Positions 63,892-64,000 of a DNA stretch of 64,000 nucleotides are shown here, one piece after another. Below the pieces are notes generated by a model, which was not told where the DNA came from, did not search any database, and worked only from the letters and a program-made list of their open reading frames with translations. The translations under genes were made by a program, and so were the position numbers. Source of the stretch: Oopsacas minuta (lineage: Eukaryota; Animalia; Porifera); contig JAKMXF010000002.1 of assembly GCA_024704765.1 (NCBI GenBank), positions 69,221 through 133,220 on the forward strand, read 5' to 3'. Within the stretch, counting starts at the first letter, position 1, and the number at the start of each line of letters is the position of its first letter.

Positions 63892-64000
63892 CAGTGGCGT
63901 CGTGCTTGGAAATTTTCTGGGGGGGCACAGAGTCAATAATAAATCCCAAAAGAGTTATAAATATCATAATAAAAGTACTCGAACTCTCTTTGGTTCTCTC
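63892..64000. mobile_element. End of a second copy of the 53574-56357 hAT (runs off the window)
   Basis: 105 bp identical to 53574-53678; the last 4 nt of the window differ; left flank GGTGTGAC. Confidence 0.95.

Overview
AT-rich eukaryotic (invertebrate-animal-like) genomic DNA dominated by transposon debris; the host species cannot be assigned from the sequence alone. Only two host-like genes are supported: a compact ROMO1/Mgr2 homologue (26548-26772, +) and an uninterrupted ~517-aa Ser/Pro-rich ORF of unknown function (12972-14525, -). The rest is nested and decayed elements: three mariner (DD34D) copies, two Tc1-like elements, a DD41D element, two Tigger/pogo elements, a Chapaev3-like element, a full-length hAT with a perfect 8-bp TSD inserted into one long TIR of a MULE, further hAT and Mutator-like remnants, a CR1-like LINE interrupted by a Tc1, a Gypsy 5' end (LTR, tRNA-iMet PBS, gag), a Helitron helicase remnant followed by an OTU-protease-like segment, and MITEs. 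The most interesting signal is absent from the ORF track: a frameshifted Transib/RAG1-like transposase fossil (about 2078-3270, -) retaining the second and third catalytic residues, the HKxxxH zinc ligands and a C-terminal Cx2Cx3GHx5C motif resembling the ProtoRAG RAG1L CTT*. Next are a possible 8-kb hAT-bounded unit enclosing the 517-aa gene, and single-base homopolymer deletions in otherwise young-looking elements that may be assembly errors. No rRNA, tRNA or CRISPR array was recognised. All alignments, translations and identities were done by eye.
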